In this document: positions 21,437-31,464 of the stretch, piece after piece | Position numbering within the stretch: the stretch's first letter is position 1 | Layout of the letters: each line of letters opens with the position of its first letter | Assembly (NCBI GenBank): GCA_051546255.1 | Contig: CP128816.1 | Span: 1,674,001 to 1,738,000, forward strand | Direction of reading: 5' to 3' | DNA: 64,000 nt | From: Meyerozyma guilliermondii | Lineage: Eukaryota | Translations under genes and position numbers: made by a program | The notes under the pieces: generated by a model | The model's database searches: none | What the model was told of the DNA's origin: nothing | The model's input: the letters and a program-made list of their open reading frames with translations, nothing else

Positions 21437-23641
21437 CTATATCCTTTGATGCAATTGTAAGAAGTCGTCTTCAACCAACTGATTGGCATCTGCTCGTTCT
21501 TTTGGATCCCAGTTGAAGATTCGTTTCAAGAATTTTATAAAATGGTGTGCTTGCCTTCTTTCTGTAGTGGAATTGAGCTTCAATTGGACATCCAAATTCT
21601 TTGAACTAGGTCGAACATTCTTCTTAACACCATGGTTATTTGCAGCCACTTGGAGCCTCATGTTAAGAAATTGTAGATTCAATCTTCCATCTGTATCAAA
21701 CAAGGTGAAGAGCAAGCTCTTGGAGATTGTAGAGTCGCTAGCAAGGGTACTCGTTGGACGTCGGTTGCTATGCTTTTTTTTTGCAACCACTTGCAATTGC
21801 TGGATATATTTCCTACCCGGGGTTCCCAACGTCTCTACAATCAATGCAAATTGTTCCAACTCGTTCTTTCCCAGAAAGAGTGGTGCTCCAGTATAAAGCT
21901 CAACTGCAACACAACCAAACGACCAGAGATCAATCAGGGTAGAATATTCAGCCCCCATGATCACTTCTGGGGCCCGATAATAACGCGATTGTATGTAGGT
22001 ATGCGATACTTCATTATGGTAGCATGAAGAGCCAAAATCAATGATCTTTACGCAAAGATCATCTTTTGTAACTGGGCGATCAGGGTCAAAATCGAATGGT
22101 AGCTTCATCATGATGTTCTCGGGCTTGATATCACAATGAATGATTTTCTGCAGATGGATGAAAGCCAAACCACTGGCGATCTTCAGTGAAATCATGCTGA
22201 CAAGATCAAGCGACATTCCTGCAAAATTGATCATTTCTAGTAAAGAAAACAAGTTGAGCGAAAGAATTTCACTGACGATACACATGTGGCCCCTGAAGTG
22301 GAAGTGGTCAAAGTATTGGAGTATGTTATCGGAAGGTTTGTTTTTGTTCAAGTTTTTCAAGATTTTAATCTCACAAACTGCCTGCAAAGTCCATTCGAGG
22401 CTGTTTTTTATGACCTTGATGGCAACTTGTTTAGGAGCCTTGCCGGCATATTTGTGATCTTTGCATAGCACCACATTACCAAACGAGCCTGTTCCCAACA
22501 CCTTGCCGACTTCGTATCGGTAATTGATATGATCACCTTCATGAAGGTTATAATTACCCTGTTTATCATCAAACCCAAAGTTCTCTTTTCCATTGCGAAT
22601 ATTGAACTGCTTTTCTTTTGAGGTTGGTGCAATATAGTAGACAGAACTCTGCCTCAATATCTCGCCTTTCTCATAGATTCCCAATTCCGCAGCAATCGTT
22701 TGGACCTGAAGAGGTGCTTGCTCTGTATACTCAGGCTCATCGCTGGCAGCAAACAATTGGGGATTCTTATGGTAGATATTGTGGTATAGTTCTGTTAGAT
22801 CTTTGAGTTTTGGTTTCGGTAGGGAAGTCTGATCGGGAATGGATGAGTGCCTTGAGGAGGATCTGGGAATATACAGCTTCAAAGGGGTCGATGAAGAACG
22901 AGATCTGGGCAACGTTCGTGGAAGTTTATGCTGTTGTGTGCTGTCTCTCGTGAAAGAGACTTTGGTAGTTTCCATTGGCAGATTGATGCTGAATTTGGAG
23001 GTTGGCACTGGAATGTGGTAATTGGTGATATCCGCAGGCGGCATCAGTTTTCCAGAAACTACTCTTTTGCGAAGTCGTGAGTCCTGCGAGCGCCTGGCTC
23101 CAAACGGTATTCGTTTCTTATGCTGGACTTGTAGCTGTGGTTTCGTTTCCATAGATGGGGTAGGCGATGCTGATTTGAAGGTTTGCGAAGCTTTGAATGC
23201 ATTGGAAGTGGATAATACGTTTCTTTTCATTGCAGAGGACGAAGTTTCTTTCATGAAAGAAAACAGATGAAAATCCTCGTTCTGTTTGGTTTTCTCTCCT
23301 GGAGTATGTCCCGTTTCAGATACCTTCATAGTGGGTCTGGATGGAGTATTGGCAGACCCAGGCTTGCTAGGTGTCAATGGTGCAAGTGAAGCATTCTTGC
23401 TTCGACCTGATGTACTTCTGGCTTCAGCACGCTTGGCTGTGGAGAGAAATGGTTCTTTGGAAGGGGTTAGTTGACGTGCTGGTGTAACATGAGGTTGTGT
23501 ATACGGTGGTAGTTTTTTCTTTGGTGATCGTCGAGCTATAGGAGTCAGAAATGGAGTTGGTTTTCGTAATTGCAGATTGTTTCCCAACCCGATATCGATC
23601 TTCGCTAGCCTCTCTTCAAGGTTGGGAGACGACTTTGGCAT
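21437..23641 (-). CDS. DYRK-family kinase, Pom1/DYRK2-like
   Basis: DH box (FDDKQGNY), GTGSFG, VAIK, HCDIKPEN, DFGSSC, TYIQSRYYRAPE and a long disordered N-terminus. Confidence 0.88.
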   Translation of the reverse strand: MPKSSPNLEERLAKIDIGLGNNLQLRKPTPFLTPIARRSPKKKLPPYTQPHVTPARQLTPSKEPFLSTAKRAEARSTSGRSKNASLAPLTPSKPGSANTPSRPTMKVSETGHTPGEKTKQNEDFHLFSFMKETSSSAMKRNVLSTSNAFKASQTFKSASPTPSMETKPQLQVQHKKRIPFGARRSQDSRLRKRVVSGKLMPPADITNYHIPVPTSKFSINLPMETTKVSFTRDSTQQHKLPRTLPRSRSSSTPLKLYIPRSSSRHSSIPDQTSLPKPKLKDLTELYHNIYHKNPQLFAASDEPEYTEQAPLQVQTIAAELGIYEKGEILRQSSVYYIAPTSKEKQFNIRNGKENFGFDDKQGNYNLHEGDHINYRYEVGKVLGTGSFGNVVLCKDHKYAGKAPKQVAIKVIKNSLEWTLQAVCEIKILKNLNKNKPSDNILQYFDHFHFRGHMCIVSEILSLNLFSLLEMINFAGMSLDLVSMISLKIASGLAFIHLQKIIHCDIKPENIMMKLPFDFDPDRPVTKDDLCVKIIDFGSSCYHNEVSHTYIQSRYYRAPEVIMGAEYSTLIDLWSFGCVAVELYTGAPLFLGKNELEQFALIVETLGTPGRKYIQQLQVVAKKKHSNRRPTSTLASDSTISKSLLFTLFDTDGRLNLQFLNMRLQVAANNHGVKKNVRPSSKNLDVQLKLNSTTERRQAHHFIKFLKRIFNWDPKERADANQLVEDDFLQLHQRI

Positions 23642-23762
23642 AGTGATACAAGGTGGGTATGATAGAACTCACGGTGCTCGGATGTGGAGATCCAAAGAAA
23701 AATATTTGGTGTTTGGATATTTCAATGCGGTGATTTTCATTGTCGGTCGTCAAAGCAGAGCC

Positions 23763-24137
23763 ATGGATTACAAGGACGCATCCAAATACGGGCTTCGGGA
23801 CTTGCTCTTGGTGCTCCAATTGTTACACTCGAATGGGTTTCTTGACTTAGAACAAATGAAAGCCAGTCCAGAAAAAGTAGCGGCACTCGGCCAAGAGTGG
23901 TTCAACCATAAAAGTACGAGGCTCTCGGTCGTACAAGAGGGAAGACAGTATAAACGGCCACCTACGAGTGAAGAACTTATCGCACTTTACGAGCAATTGC
24001 TTCAGAAATACGAAGATTGCACCAATACCACTGAGCTCGCCTATGCGGTCTATTATGCCCGTATGGAACAACTAGAAAAAACCATTCAAGACCGCCAACA
24101 GGAAGCGGCTCATATACTCGCTGATATTGGCGGATGA
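23763..24137 (+). CDS. Small helical protein (124 aa), SWR1-complex subunit Swc7-like
   Basis: ATG at 23763. LLLVLQLL near the N-terminus and ELAYAVYYARMEQLE near the C-terminus resemble Swc7 as recalled, and the size fits. Confidence 0.55.
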   Translation: MDYKDASKYGLRDLLLVLQLLHSNGFLDLEQMKASPEKVAALGQEWFNHKSTRLSVVQEGRQYKRPPTSEELIALYEQLLQKYEDCTNTTELAYAVYYARMEQLEKTIQDRQQEAAHILADIGG

Positions 24138-24221
24138 AGCACCAATTGGCAATTTTGGTGGGTCAGATCTCCAGCTCCTGTACCTGGAGATGCTCCGTTT
24201 TCCTGTACTTGGAAATGTTCG

Positions 24222-24260
24222 CTGGGGTGGTTGTCTGCAGTATGTTCCTCGGTTCCCCAC
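24222..24260 (+). promoter_or_regulatory. PXA2 promoter: CCTCGG flanked by two SYGGGG (Mig1-type) sites
   Basis: CTGGGG 24222-24227, CCTCGG 24247-24252 and CCCCAC 24255-24260, about 100-140 nt upstream of ATG 24360. Confidence 0.5.
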
Positions 24261-24359
24261 ATCATTAATTTACCGGCGCACAGCGAATACAACTACCGAT
24301 CGTCCACTGGTTTCGGAGTGGCGTTTTTGGCTCATATTTCACAACAAAGCTGTGTCATC

Positions 24360-26483
24360 ATGTCAGGTCCACCTCAGAACTCTATAGCGTTATCCATGTA
24401 CAATGTGTACAGGAGTAACAGGTCACTTGTGTTGAACTCATCCTATATCATTTTGATCACGGCGGCGTTTTCCGGTGCTACCAACACAGGCGGTAGAAAT
24501 AAACGCAAATCAAATGCTCCAGAGGAGGTGAATTTGTCCAAAAAGCCTCCTAAGATTTCACGAGAAGCTGCTCGCCGTCTTTTCAAATCGGCTATACCCT
24601 CTTATACAGATACAGCGATGCAATACCTTTACGTTCATTTGGTGTTATTGGTTGTTAGGGCGTTCTTAACGATCAAAGTTGCCAGTTTGGATGGTATGTT
24701 GGTTGGTGCCTTGGTTTCAAAACGTTTAAAACGGTTTGGTCAATTGCTTGCGTACTGGATGTTGCTCGGGATTCCAGCGTCGGTGGTCAATTCCATGTTA
24801 TCTTGGACGAAGGATAACTTTCGCAAGAATTTGCGTATCAACATGACGAATAGCATAGTTGAGGACTACCTTCCAGATAACCTTGACCCAAACTACTATT
24901 CGCTCATCCAATTATCCGATAACAAGATAAAGGACCCAGATCAGCGTATTTCGACCGACGTTTCTCGCTTGGCAGCAGCTCTTGCTTCGTTGCCAGGACA
25001 GCTTTTGAAACCTACTTTGGACATGCTTCTCTGTGCCAGAGAGTTATCAAAAAGCGGTGTCGGTTCCGGTGAAGGTACTCTTGCCTTGGGTATTTTGACT
25101 CACTTTTCTACCATTATTTTGCGGTTCTTTTCTCCACCATTTGCCAAATTGGCAGCAGAAAGGGCTAATTTGGAAGGTCAGCTCCGTTCTGCACATTCCA
25201 AGATTGTCACCAACAACGAAGAAATTGCACTTTTGCGGGGTCATTCTCGTGAGTTGGACTACATTGATTTCTGCTACTATCAATTGGAAAGGTTCCTGAA
25301 AATGGAATATTGGAAGAAAGCGGTGCATGAAATTGCACAAACATTCATCGTGAAGTACTTCTGGGGAGCAGCCGGTTTGGTCCTCTGTTCAGCACCTGTT
25401 TTCATCAACAAATACATGGGGAAAGAGCCTGATGTGAATGCTTCGGCAGACTTCATCACCAACAGAAGATTATTGATGAGTGCTTCAGACTCTCTCGATA
25501 GGTTGATATACTCAAGAAGGTATCTTTTGCAAATAGTTGGACATGCAACCAGAGTTTCCGATTTCCAAGATGTGCTACATGAGATAAAAGTTAAGAAGAG
25601 CGGTGTTAGTGGAGACCTTACCAATGCCAAAAATGTTCAATTCGGCGACGAAATCACATTCAAGGATGTGAGGTTGGTTACTCCCGCAGATGTCACCTTA
25701 ATTGAGAGACTTAACTTCAGTATCAAGCATGGACAACACTTGTTGATTGCAGGACCAAATGGTTCTGGAAAATCATCATTGTTCAGAATGCTTGGAGGTT
25801 TATGGCCTTGTAAGGAAGGTGAGATCACAATTCCCACTTCAGAGAACATGTTTTACTTGCCTCAAAGGGCATACATGTGCAATGGAAATCTTCTCGAACA
25901 GATCATATACCCACACACGGTTGAGCAGTATACCGCAGCTCAAGAGAAGGGCGGCAAGGATGATGGTGACTTGGAAGAAATACTTCAGATTTTGGAGTTG
26001 GATGAGTTGCTCAATGGTTTGCGTCCATTATATGCTTCGAGAAATTGGGAAGAAGAGTTGTCTGTCGGGGCACAGCAGAGATTGGCAATGGCAAGATTAT
26101 ACTACCATCAGCCCAAGTTTGCTGTTTTGGACGAGTGTACTTCTGCAGTGTCGCCAAAGATGGAACAATTCATGTACAAACACGCACAAGAAATGGGTAT
26201 TTCACTCTTGTCGGTTGCTCATAGACCAGCATTGTGGCATTTCCATAATTACTTGCTCAAGTTTGACGGAAAAGGTGGGTACTTTTTCGGCGAATTGGAT
26301 GCCACCCGTAGACTCAAATTTGAGGAGGAGCGGTTGGTATTGGAGAAAAACTTGAGAGATGTTCCTACATTGAGGGATCGTTTGCATGAGTTGAAGAAGG
26401 TTAGTAACGCACAACATTTGCGTTATGACAATTCGCACAAGAATTTGACTGATTTAGCGAAGCCTCAGTTAACCTCGAAGTAG
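24360..26483 (+). CDS. PXA2: Peroxisomal fatty-acyl-CoA ABC half-transporter (ABCD)
   Basis: Pxa2-type blocks (SSYIILI, GEGTLALG, NEEIALLRG, KYFWGAAGLVLCS, ADFITNRRLL), Walker A GPNGSGKS and LDECTSAV. ATG 24360 preferred over the non-ATG ORF start. Confidence 0.92.
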   Translation: MSGPPQNSIALSMYNVYRSNRSLVLNSSYIILITAAFSGATNTGGRNKRKSNAPEEVNLSKKPPKISREAARRLFKSAIPSYTDTAMQYLYVHLVLLVVRAFLTIKVASLDGMLVGALVSKRLKRFGQLLAYWMLLGIPASVVNSMLSWTKDNFRKNLRINMTNSIVEDYLPDNLDPNYYSLIQLSDNKIKDPDQRISTDVSRLAAALASLPGQLLKPTLDMLLCARELSKSGVGSGEGTLALGILTHFSTIILRFFSPPFAKLAAERANLEGQLRSAHSKIVTNNEEIALLRGHSRELDYIDFCYYQLERFLKMEYWKKAVHEIAQTFIVKYFWGAAGLVLCSAPVFINKYMGKEPDVNASADFITNRRLLMSASDSLDRLIYSRRYLLQIVGHATRVSDFQDVLHEIKVKKSGVSGDLTNAKNVQFGDEITFKDVRLVTPADVTLIERLNFSIKHGQHLLIAGPNGSGKSSLFRMLGGLWPCKEGEITIPTSENMFYLPQRAYMCNGNLLEQIIYPHTVEQYTAAQEKGGKDDGDLEEILQILELDELLNGLRPLYASRNWEEELSVGAQQRLAMARLYYHQPKFAVLDECTSAVSPKMEQFMYKHAQEMGISLLSVAHRPALWHFHNYLLKFDGKGGYFFGELDATRRLKFEEERLVLEKNLRDVPTLRDRLHELKKVSNAQHLRYDNSHKNLTDLAKPQLTSK

Positions 26484-26594
26484 GTAGCTTATTTATATCG
26501 CTATAGAAGTTTCATAGTTATACGTTATTATGACAGCGAGAGTTAAGCAGGGTATTTTCAGTAAATCTATTTTGTGCGAGCTGCGAAAAAAAGA

Positions 26595-27224
26595 ATGTAC
26601 ATTTGCAAGGTTTCAAGCTATGGAAAAGTAATACGAATTGGCTACAGGCTACTCTCCACCCGATCTGGCGGCGTTCTAGTAGTCTCTATTGGAAACCCAG
26701 AACCCCAATACAAGGATACAAGGCATAACGTTGGTCATTGGATAATTAATGAATTGCATAGAAATAATGTTCCAATTGAATACGGGCCGTGGGCAGATGA
26801 CAAGACATTCGGTGGAGAGATTAGCACTTCTAGTGATGGGAATGTCGTCTTGGCAAGGTCAATTGGTTCTTATATGAATACCCAAGGAAAACCAGTTTCT
26901 AAAATAACTCAACGATATGGAAAAGACAAGACCTTGTTGGTTGTACACGATGAGCTACAAAAAGATCTTGGAAAATTACAGCTTCGTGGACCAGGTACAA
27001 GTGCTAGAGGACACAATGGGCTAAAGTCAATTGATAGTGCCATGGGGAACAAATATACCAAACTCTCAGTGGGTATTGGACGACCAAATAAAGGTCAAAA
27101 GGAGGTATCAGACTACGTATTGTCAAAGTTTACCACAAGTGAAAGAGCTGAGCTCGAAAAAGTCTTAGAGAAGGCTTCTGTGCTTGTCAGCCAAGTGATA
27201 AACGATAGCATAAATCACAAGTGA
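26595..27224 (+). CDS. PTH1: Mitochondrial peptidyl-tRNA hydrolase (bacterial Pth type)
   Basis: SIGNPEPQYKDTRHNVG, YMN, VVHDEL, SARGHNGLKS, VGIGRP and DYVLSKF. First ATG is at 26595. Confidence 0.92.
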   Translation: MYICKVSSYGKVIRIGYRLLSTRSGGVLVVSIGNPEPQYKDTRHNVGHWIINELHRNNVPIEYGPWADDKTFGGEISTSSDGNVVLARSIGSYMNTQGKPVSKITQRYGKDKTLLVVHDELQKDLGKLQLRGPGTSARGHNGLKSIDSAMGNKYTKLSVGIGRPNKGQKEVSDYVLSKFTTSERAELEKVLEKASVLVSQVINDSINHK

Positions 27225-27449
27225 AAGGTCGAGAGGTGGACTTTGTTATAGAAAGGATGCTCTAATCTGAGTAAATGTGGAAAAATCACAATAGTATGCC
27301 TTGTAGATAGCACTGATTGTATTTTCGTCATATTCTTACCGCTTTTCATGTAACTGACTCTAAGTCATGTTCAGCCTTAGCCTTCCCCATATTGCTTGTC
27401 TGCAGGTAGATAAGATCAGCCCAACAGTCACAAACACGCTAATATATCT

Positions 27450-28143
27450 ATGCATTTCCTGTTGCAGATGACGGCGGACCGATCGGTGGTCAGGGAGTCA
27501 CTAAAGGGTAAGTTATATAGTTAGATATCCTGCTTTCGTTTACTAACTTTTAGGAGTACTTTGGACCATCTTTTTCCATCGTTTATTTGGACCCATAGTT
27601 CCCACTAGTCACGAGTTTCTAGATATATCATATCCCATGGCCGAGGGTCTTCCAGAACTAGATGGAATGATGGATGAAAAGATCAATGAGTTAGTCAAAA
27701 GCCTAAAGCCGGAAACATCTACAAGACTACCGACAATAGTGGTGCTGTTTCTTGATAAGGACCCCTTCAAATCCAAGAAAAAGTCGGGATGGTTTGGTCA
27801 AACCAAATCCCACGAAGACTTAAAGCTATGGGAGCAATGGACCATAAGCGTAAACTGTGTGTTCAACGACCGTGATAGTCCAAATACCAAACCACTCGCA
27901 ATGATGGAACCTCAAGACTTGAAAGTATCGAGCCAATCATTTGAGTCCACATTGACCAAAATTATAGACTATGTGGATACCAACAAGCATCATATACCCC
28001 CAATAACCTCACTTGAGAGTTGCCCCTTTCCTTATACTATAGAAGTGTGGCCCAATGGTGACCAGGAGTCCACCGACCCACATCAACCACCACATCACCC
28101 TGACGATACATGGGGAAATTACATCAAGAAAATGCTTGACTAA
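27450..28143 (+). CDS. ATG101: Atg101 HORMA protein, two exons (27450-27507, 27554-28143), 215 aa
   Basis: Splicing gives MHFSLQMTADRSVVRESLKGVLWTIFFHRLFGPIVP..., in frame with the 27637 ORF. Carries the WF finger (KKKSGWFG), WEQW and HIPPI...PFPY motifs. Confidence 0.88.
27508..27553 (+). other. 46-nt spliceosomal intron in ATG101
   Basis: Donor GTAAGT at 27508, branch point TACTAAC 27541-27547 and acceptor TAG 27551-27553. Removal restores the frame (G|GA = Gly). Confidence 0.9.
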
Positions 28144-28184
28144 TCTGTAAGTAGCATGTACAATCTTAAAGTACGTAAAATAAA

Positions 28185-28673
28185 TCATAAGTTAGCACTA
28201 TAAAGGCCCTCCTCTCCTCTGACCAAGATACATTCGTCCTCATATACAACCCTGTCGAACAAGCCGATCTGTTCACTAACAGCTATCACCTCTCTGTCGT
28301 AGCTTCCCGGTTGGAACCATAATCCTTTTATGGCATTTTTGTATCCTTCCACAGTTGAAAGTTGCTTGAGGGTACTAGCTGTGACCGAAGGTGGGGTCAA
28401 GAAAGAAATACTTACTCCGTCAACTTGTGATAATTTATGCTCACCAACATCTTTTGCCTCAATCACCAGCTTGAGAACCTCCTCTGCCGATGGGATCACT
28501 TCTTTTCCGAGGATCTCTTTCTCTTTTGGGTTCACTGGAATGACAGGAAGATCATGAGCAACGTACCACAGGGTAATTTTGAACCCAAATTTGCTAGGGT
28601 TGTTGGAGGCACCCGATACTACATACTGTCTGGCTGCTCCAAAGAAGTTTTTGATTCTGGGTTTCATAGACAT
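28185..28673 (-). CDS. Stand-alone CoA-binding protein (YccU-like)
   Basis: GASNNPSKFG, VIPVNPKE, SFLTPP, LWFQPGS and CILV. Confidence 0.85.
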   Translation of the reverse strand: MSMKPRIKNFFGAARQYVVSGASNNPSKFGFKITLWYVAHDLPVIPVNPKEKEILGKEVIPSAEEVLKLVIEAKDVGEHKLSQVDGVSISFLTPPSVTASTLKQLSTVEGYKNAIKGLWFQPGSYDREVIAVSEQIGLFDRVVYEDECILVRGEEGLYSANL

Positions 28674-28999
28674 GGTACGCTTAGTGATCGCATGTGGAAT
28701 CCGGGGAATACGTCGTATGCAGTCGAATGCATATGCAGAAATGCAAATGATTCGCCTATCTGAACAATGGTATCAAAAAAAGAAGACAAAAAAAGGTGAT
28801 GCAATCAGTTTGCTCAGAGAAATCGAGTCTTCACCTACTGAATCTTTACCTACTGATTCCTGGTTGTAGCATTCTTTGTCCGTTTTCCTCCGGTATTATT
28901 CCTGCACATGGCCTCATCTCAGATACGGCGCCCAAGCGCTCAATGACGTTTTCGAAGCCACCACAACGAGATTACTGTGGACGGTAACCAGTCACCAAA

Positions 29000-31336
29000 A
29001 TGGCTAAGGAGAAACGCACCAAGCCATGTGCCAGCTGCAAAAAGTCTAAAGTCAAATGTATATATGATCGAACGCTTCCGTGTGAACGGTGCATAAAAAA
29101 TGGCCATGCCTATAATTGTCAATTTACCCCAAAACTTCCCTCGTTAAAATTACCACTGATTGCTCCTCCTCCCACCGCACTGACCTCCAATGGTATCCCG
29201 TCTTATAATCAGTACCGAAACATTCAACCTGCCCCACAAGATGTGCGTTTCATGTTATCACCACCATTCGTAAATGGACAAGTTCCAGTAATGACGAACA
29301 ACAACAGCTCGTTTGGTCAGCAGCCTAATCAGACTCCACAAGCGCTGGTCCAGCCACAGACTCACAACAACCATCTTAACCAAAATGATGTACATTTACC
29401 GGCACGACCCATGGGCCAAATAGAGAGCCAAATAAACCAGAGCCAAATAAACCAAAGCCAGGTAAACCAAGGCCAGTGGAATAATCAAGTCGAAGGCCGA
29501 ATAGACTCATTGGACTCGAAACTCAGTGACTTGGTTGATATAATGAAGTCAAACCAGCGGCTATTGCTCGAAAACCAAGCTCAATACCATACCCTTAGTT
29601 CCAATTTAGAGCATCAGAGACGTCAAAATGATGATGAGCTACAGCGCAGACAAATAAAGAGCCTGCAAAAGAAACGAGCTTTGGAAAATGTACCCCAAGA
29701 CATAAAAAAGCCTCGCTTAGAAGTTCCAGATGATTTTAGAGGCGGATATCTCACTTTAGACAACGCCAGGGACCTATTCAGCTTCTTCGACGCCCATATA
29801 TCGCAACAGCTATTTGGTTTCGAGATCTCGAAATTCCAGGTAGATAATATCTGGGAAACATCGCCGATCCTTGTATGCGCAATATGTACAATAGCCTCCA
29901 TGCATCATCCTAATGAGAGCCTATCCAAGAAGCTGGCTCAACTTCAAGTTTATCTCCGACAGCTTTGCAGTGACTCCTTTTTCAGAGCTAAATCAGGTAA
30001 CGAGATGGATATTTTCAATACCATTGTTGCCTTGGTGCTCTGTAGCTTCTGGCTTTCAGAGTCACAAATGTTTACTGGCCTCGCATTGCAACTCGCAAAG
30101 GAAATACAATTGGATTCACCGGTGGCTAGAAAATCCTCTTCAAACCTGATGCTAGGAGAAAATGACAGAATCAAGCTTTGGTACTTGTTATATGTCCTTG
30201 ATGGACAGCAAAGTTTGACTTTCAATCGTCAACCGATTGTGAATGCTCAAGAATATTCGCTCAAAAATAGTAGGAAAATATTACTCGAGCCCAAGAAAGC
30301 TATTAAAGCGTCACTAAAGTCGATCAAAGACAGTGATGTCAGAGAAGAGTCACAGGAAGTGCATTCCCTGTTCACAGACCTAAGGCTTGTTTCCCAGGTG
30401 GAATACAACCAAGCCCTCAATGAAGCCTTCAGAGGTTCTGCATGGGATCTTCTTGCACCGTCATCTTTTGGTATACCGTCCAAAAGCAATTTAGAATTGG
30501 ACAAGTGGATGGTTTCGTGGACAGTGCTCTTGTCTCCTGCAAATCATGGCTCTGTGTGGTCATCGAAGTCCACTCTTATATACTACAATTTTGCCAAGAT
30601 GCACATAAACTCTCTTTCGGAGAAAAATCTTAAGGTGGATGCGGGAGATTCAAGGCAAATGCTTCCAAAATGGGTGGGTTCGCTACAAACTGGAAGAAAT
30701 TTCAAAAAAATTACACCGGTTCAGTCTACTGGAACAGATGACTCTTCAGACGATAGCGAAGACGAAGAGTTCATCTCCAACAAAGGATTTGTGTCTGAAG
30801 ACGAAGCGGCGGTCAGTCGAAGTATTGCTATGAATGCGGCACAGACGGTATTGAATTTAGTGTTGAACGACAAAGATATTCATGAGAACCTCAAATATGT
30901 GCCAGTGCATATTCATATCATGCTTTATTATGCGGCTCTATTGTTGTTGAGTCCAGAGATGGAGAGTTCCTCTGCTGCCACGAATTCCGAAGAATCTTTT
31001 GCCAAGACTATCGCAAACTTGCGGACGGTGCGATCTTTACAACGCAAGATATACCAAAACTTGCCCACGGATAAGGTGTTTGGCGACCGTATAGTAAAGA
31101 GTTTGGAAGACATATTTACCGAAAAGTCGACCAGCCTTTCTCAAAAGATACTTGAAGAATCAGACCTTTCTCAAGAAATCAAAGAAAATTTAAAAATGCA
31201 GTTGTCACAATTAAATGAGCTGAGTTCAAATTCCACGGCAATACCAGATGTATATGACACATCAAGTAGTGCTGGGTCGAGCCCAGCTCCAGAAAAGATA
31301 TCTGCTTGGCCTGGCTCGCATCATGGCCATCCATAG
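29000..31336 (+). CDS. Zn(II)2Cys6 transcription factor
   Basis: CASCKKSKVKC...PCERC..C cluster, Q/N-rich linker, coiled coil and middle-homology region (LWYLLYVLDGQQSL). Confidence 0.88.
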   Translation: MAKEKRTKPCASCKKSKVKCIYDRTLPCERCIKNGHAYNCQFTPKLPSLKLPLIAPPPTALTSNGIPSYNQYRNIQPAPQDVRFMLSPPFVNGQVPVMTNNNSSFGQQPNQTPQALVQPQTHNNHLNQNDVHLPARPMGQIESQINQSQINQSQVNQGQWNNQVEGRIDSLDSKLSDLVDIMKSNQRLLLENQAQYHTLSSNLEHQRRQNDDELQRRQIKSLQKKRALENVPQDIKKPRLEVPDDFRGGYLTLDNARDLFSFFDAHISQQLFGFEISKFQVDNIWETSPILVCAICTIASMHHPNESLSKKLAQLQVYLRQLCSDSFFRAKSGNEMDIFNTIVALVLCSFWLSESQMFTGLALQLAKEIQLDSPVARKSSSNLMLGENDRIKLWYLLYVLDGQQSLTFNRQPIVNAQEYSLKNSRKILLEPKKAIKASLKSIKDSDVREESQEVHSLFTDLRLVSQVEYNQALNEAFRGSAWDLLAPSSFGIPSKSNLELDKWMVSWTVLLSPANHGSVWSSKSTLIYYNFAKMHINSLSEKNLKVDAGDSRQMLPKWVGSLQTGRNFKKITPVQSTGTDDSSDDSEDEEFISNKGFVSEDEAAVSRSIAMNAAQTVLNLVLNDKDIHENLKYVPVHIHIMLYYAALLLLSPEMESSSAATNSEESFAKTIANLRTVRSLQRKIYQNLPTDKVFGDRIVKSLEDIFTEKSTSLSQKILEESDLSQEIKENLKMQLSQLNELSSNSTAIPDVYDTSSSAGSSPAPEKISAWPGSHHGHP
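29426..29470 (+). repeat. Coding 15-nt tandem repeat x3 (SQINQ/SQVNQ)
   Basis: AGCCAAATAAACCAG AGCCAAATAAACCAA AGCCAGGTAAACCAA. Confidence 0.85.
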
Positions 31337-31464
31337 CATTTCATTATAATGTAAAATTTAGACAATTTGCAAAATTATGTAATTTCACATTAGTGAGACC
31401 CAATTTGGAATTTTGCACCCATTTGTACTCACAATCAACTACTGTATTTTTCACCCCAAAAAAA

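Noticed and set aside
25747..26355. 202-aa alternate-frame ORF inside PXA2
   Set aside because: Non-ATG start, atypical composition, and it lies entirely within a conserved ABC domain.
27367..27467. Possible extra upstream ATG101 exon (27367-27405) spliced in frame through GTAGAT...GCTAAT...CAG
   Set aside because: The donor and branch point are poor matches, and ATG 27450 already gives a full-length N-terminus.
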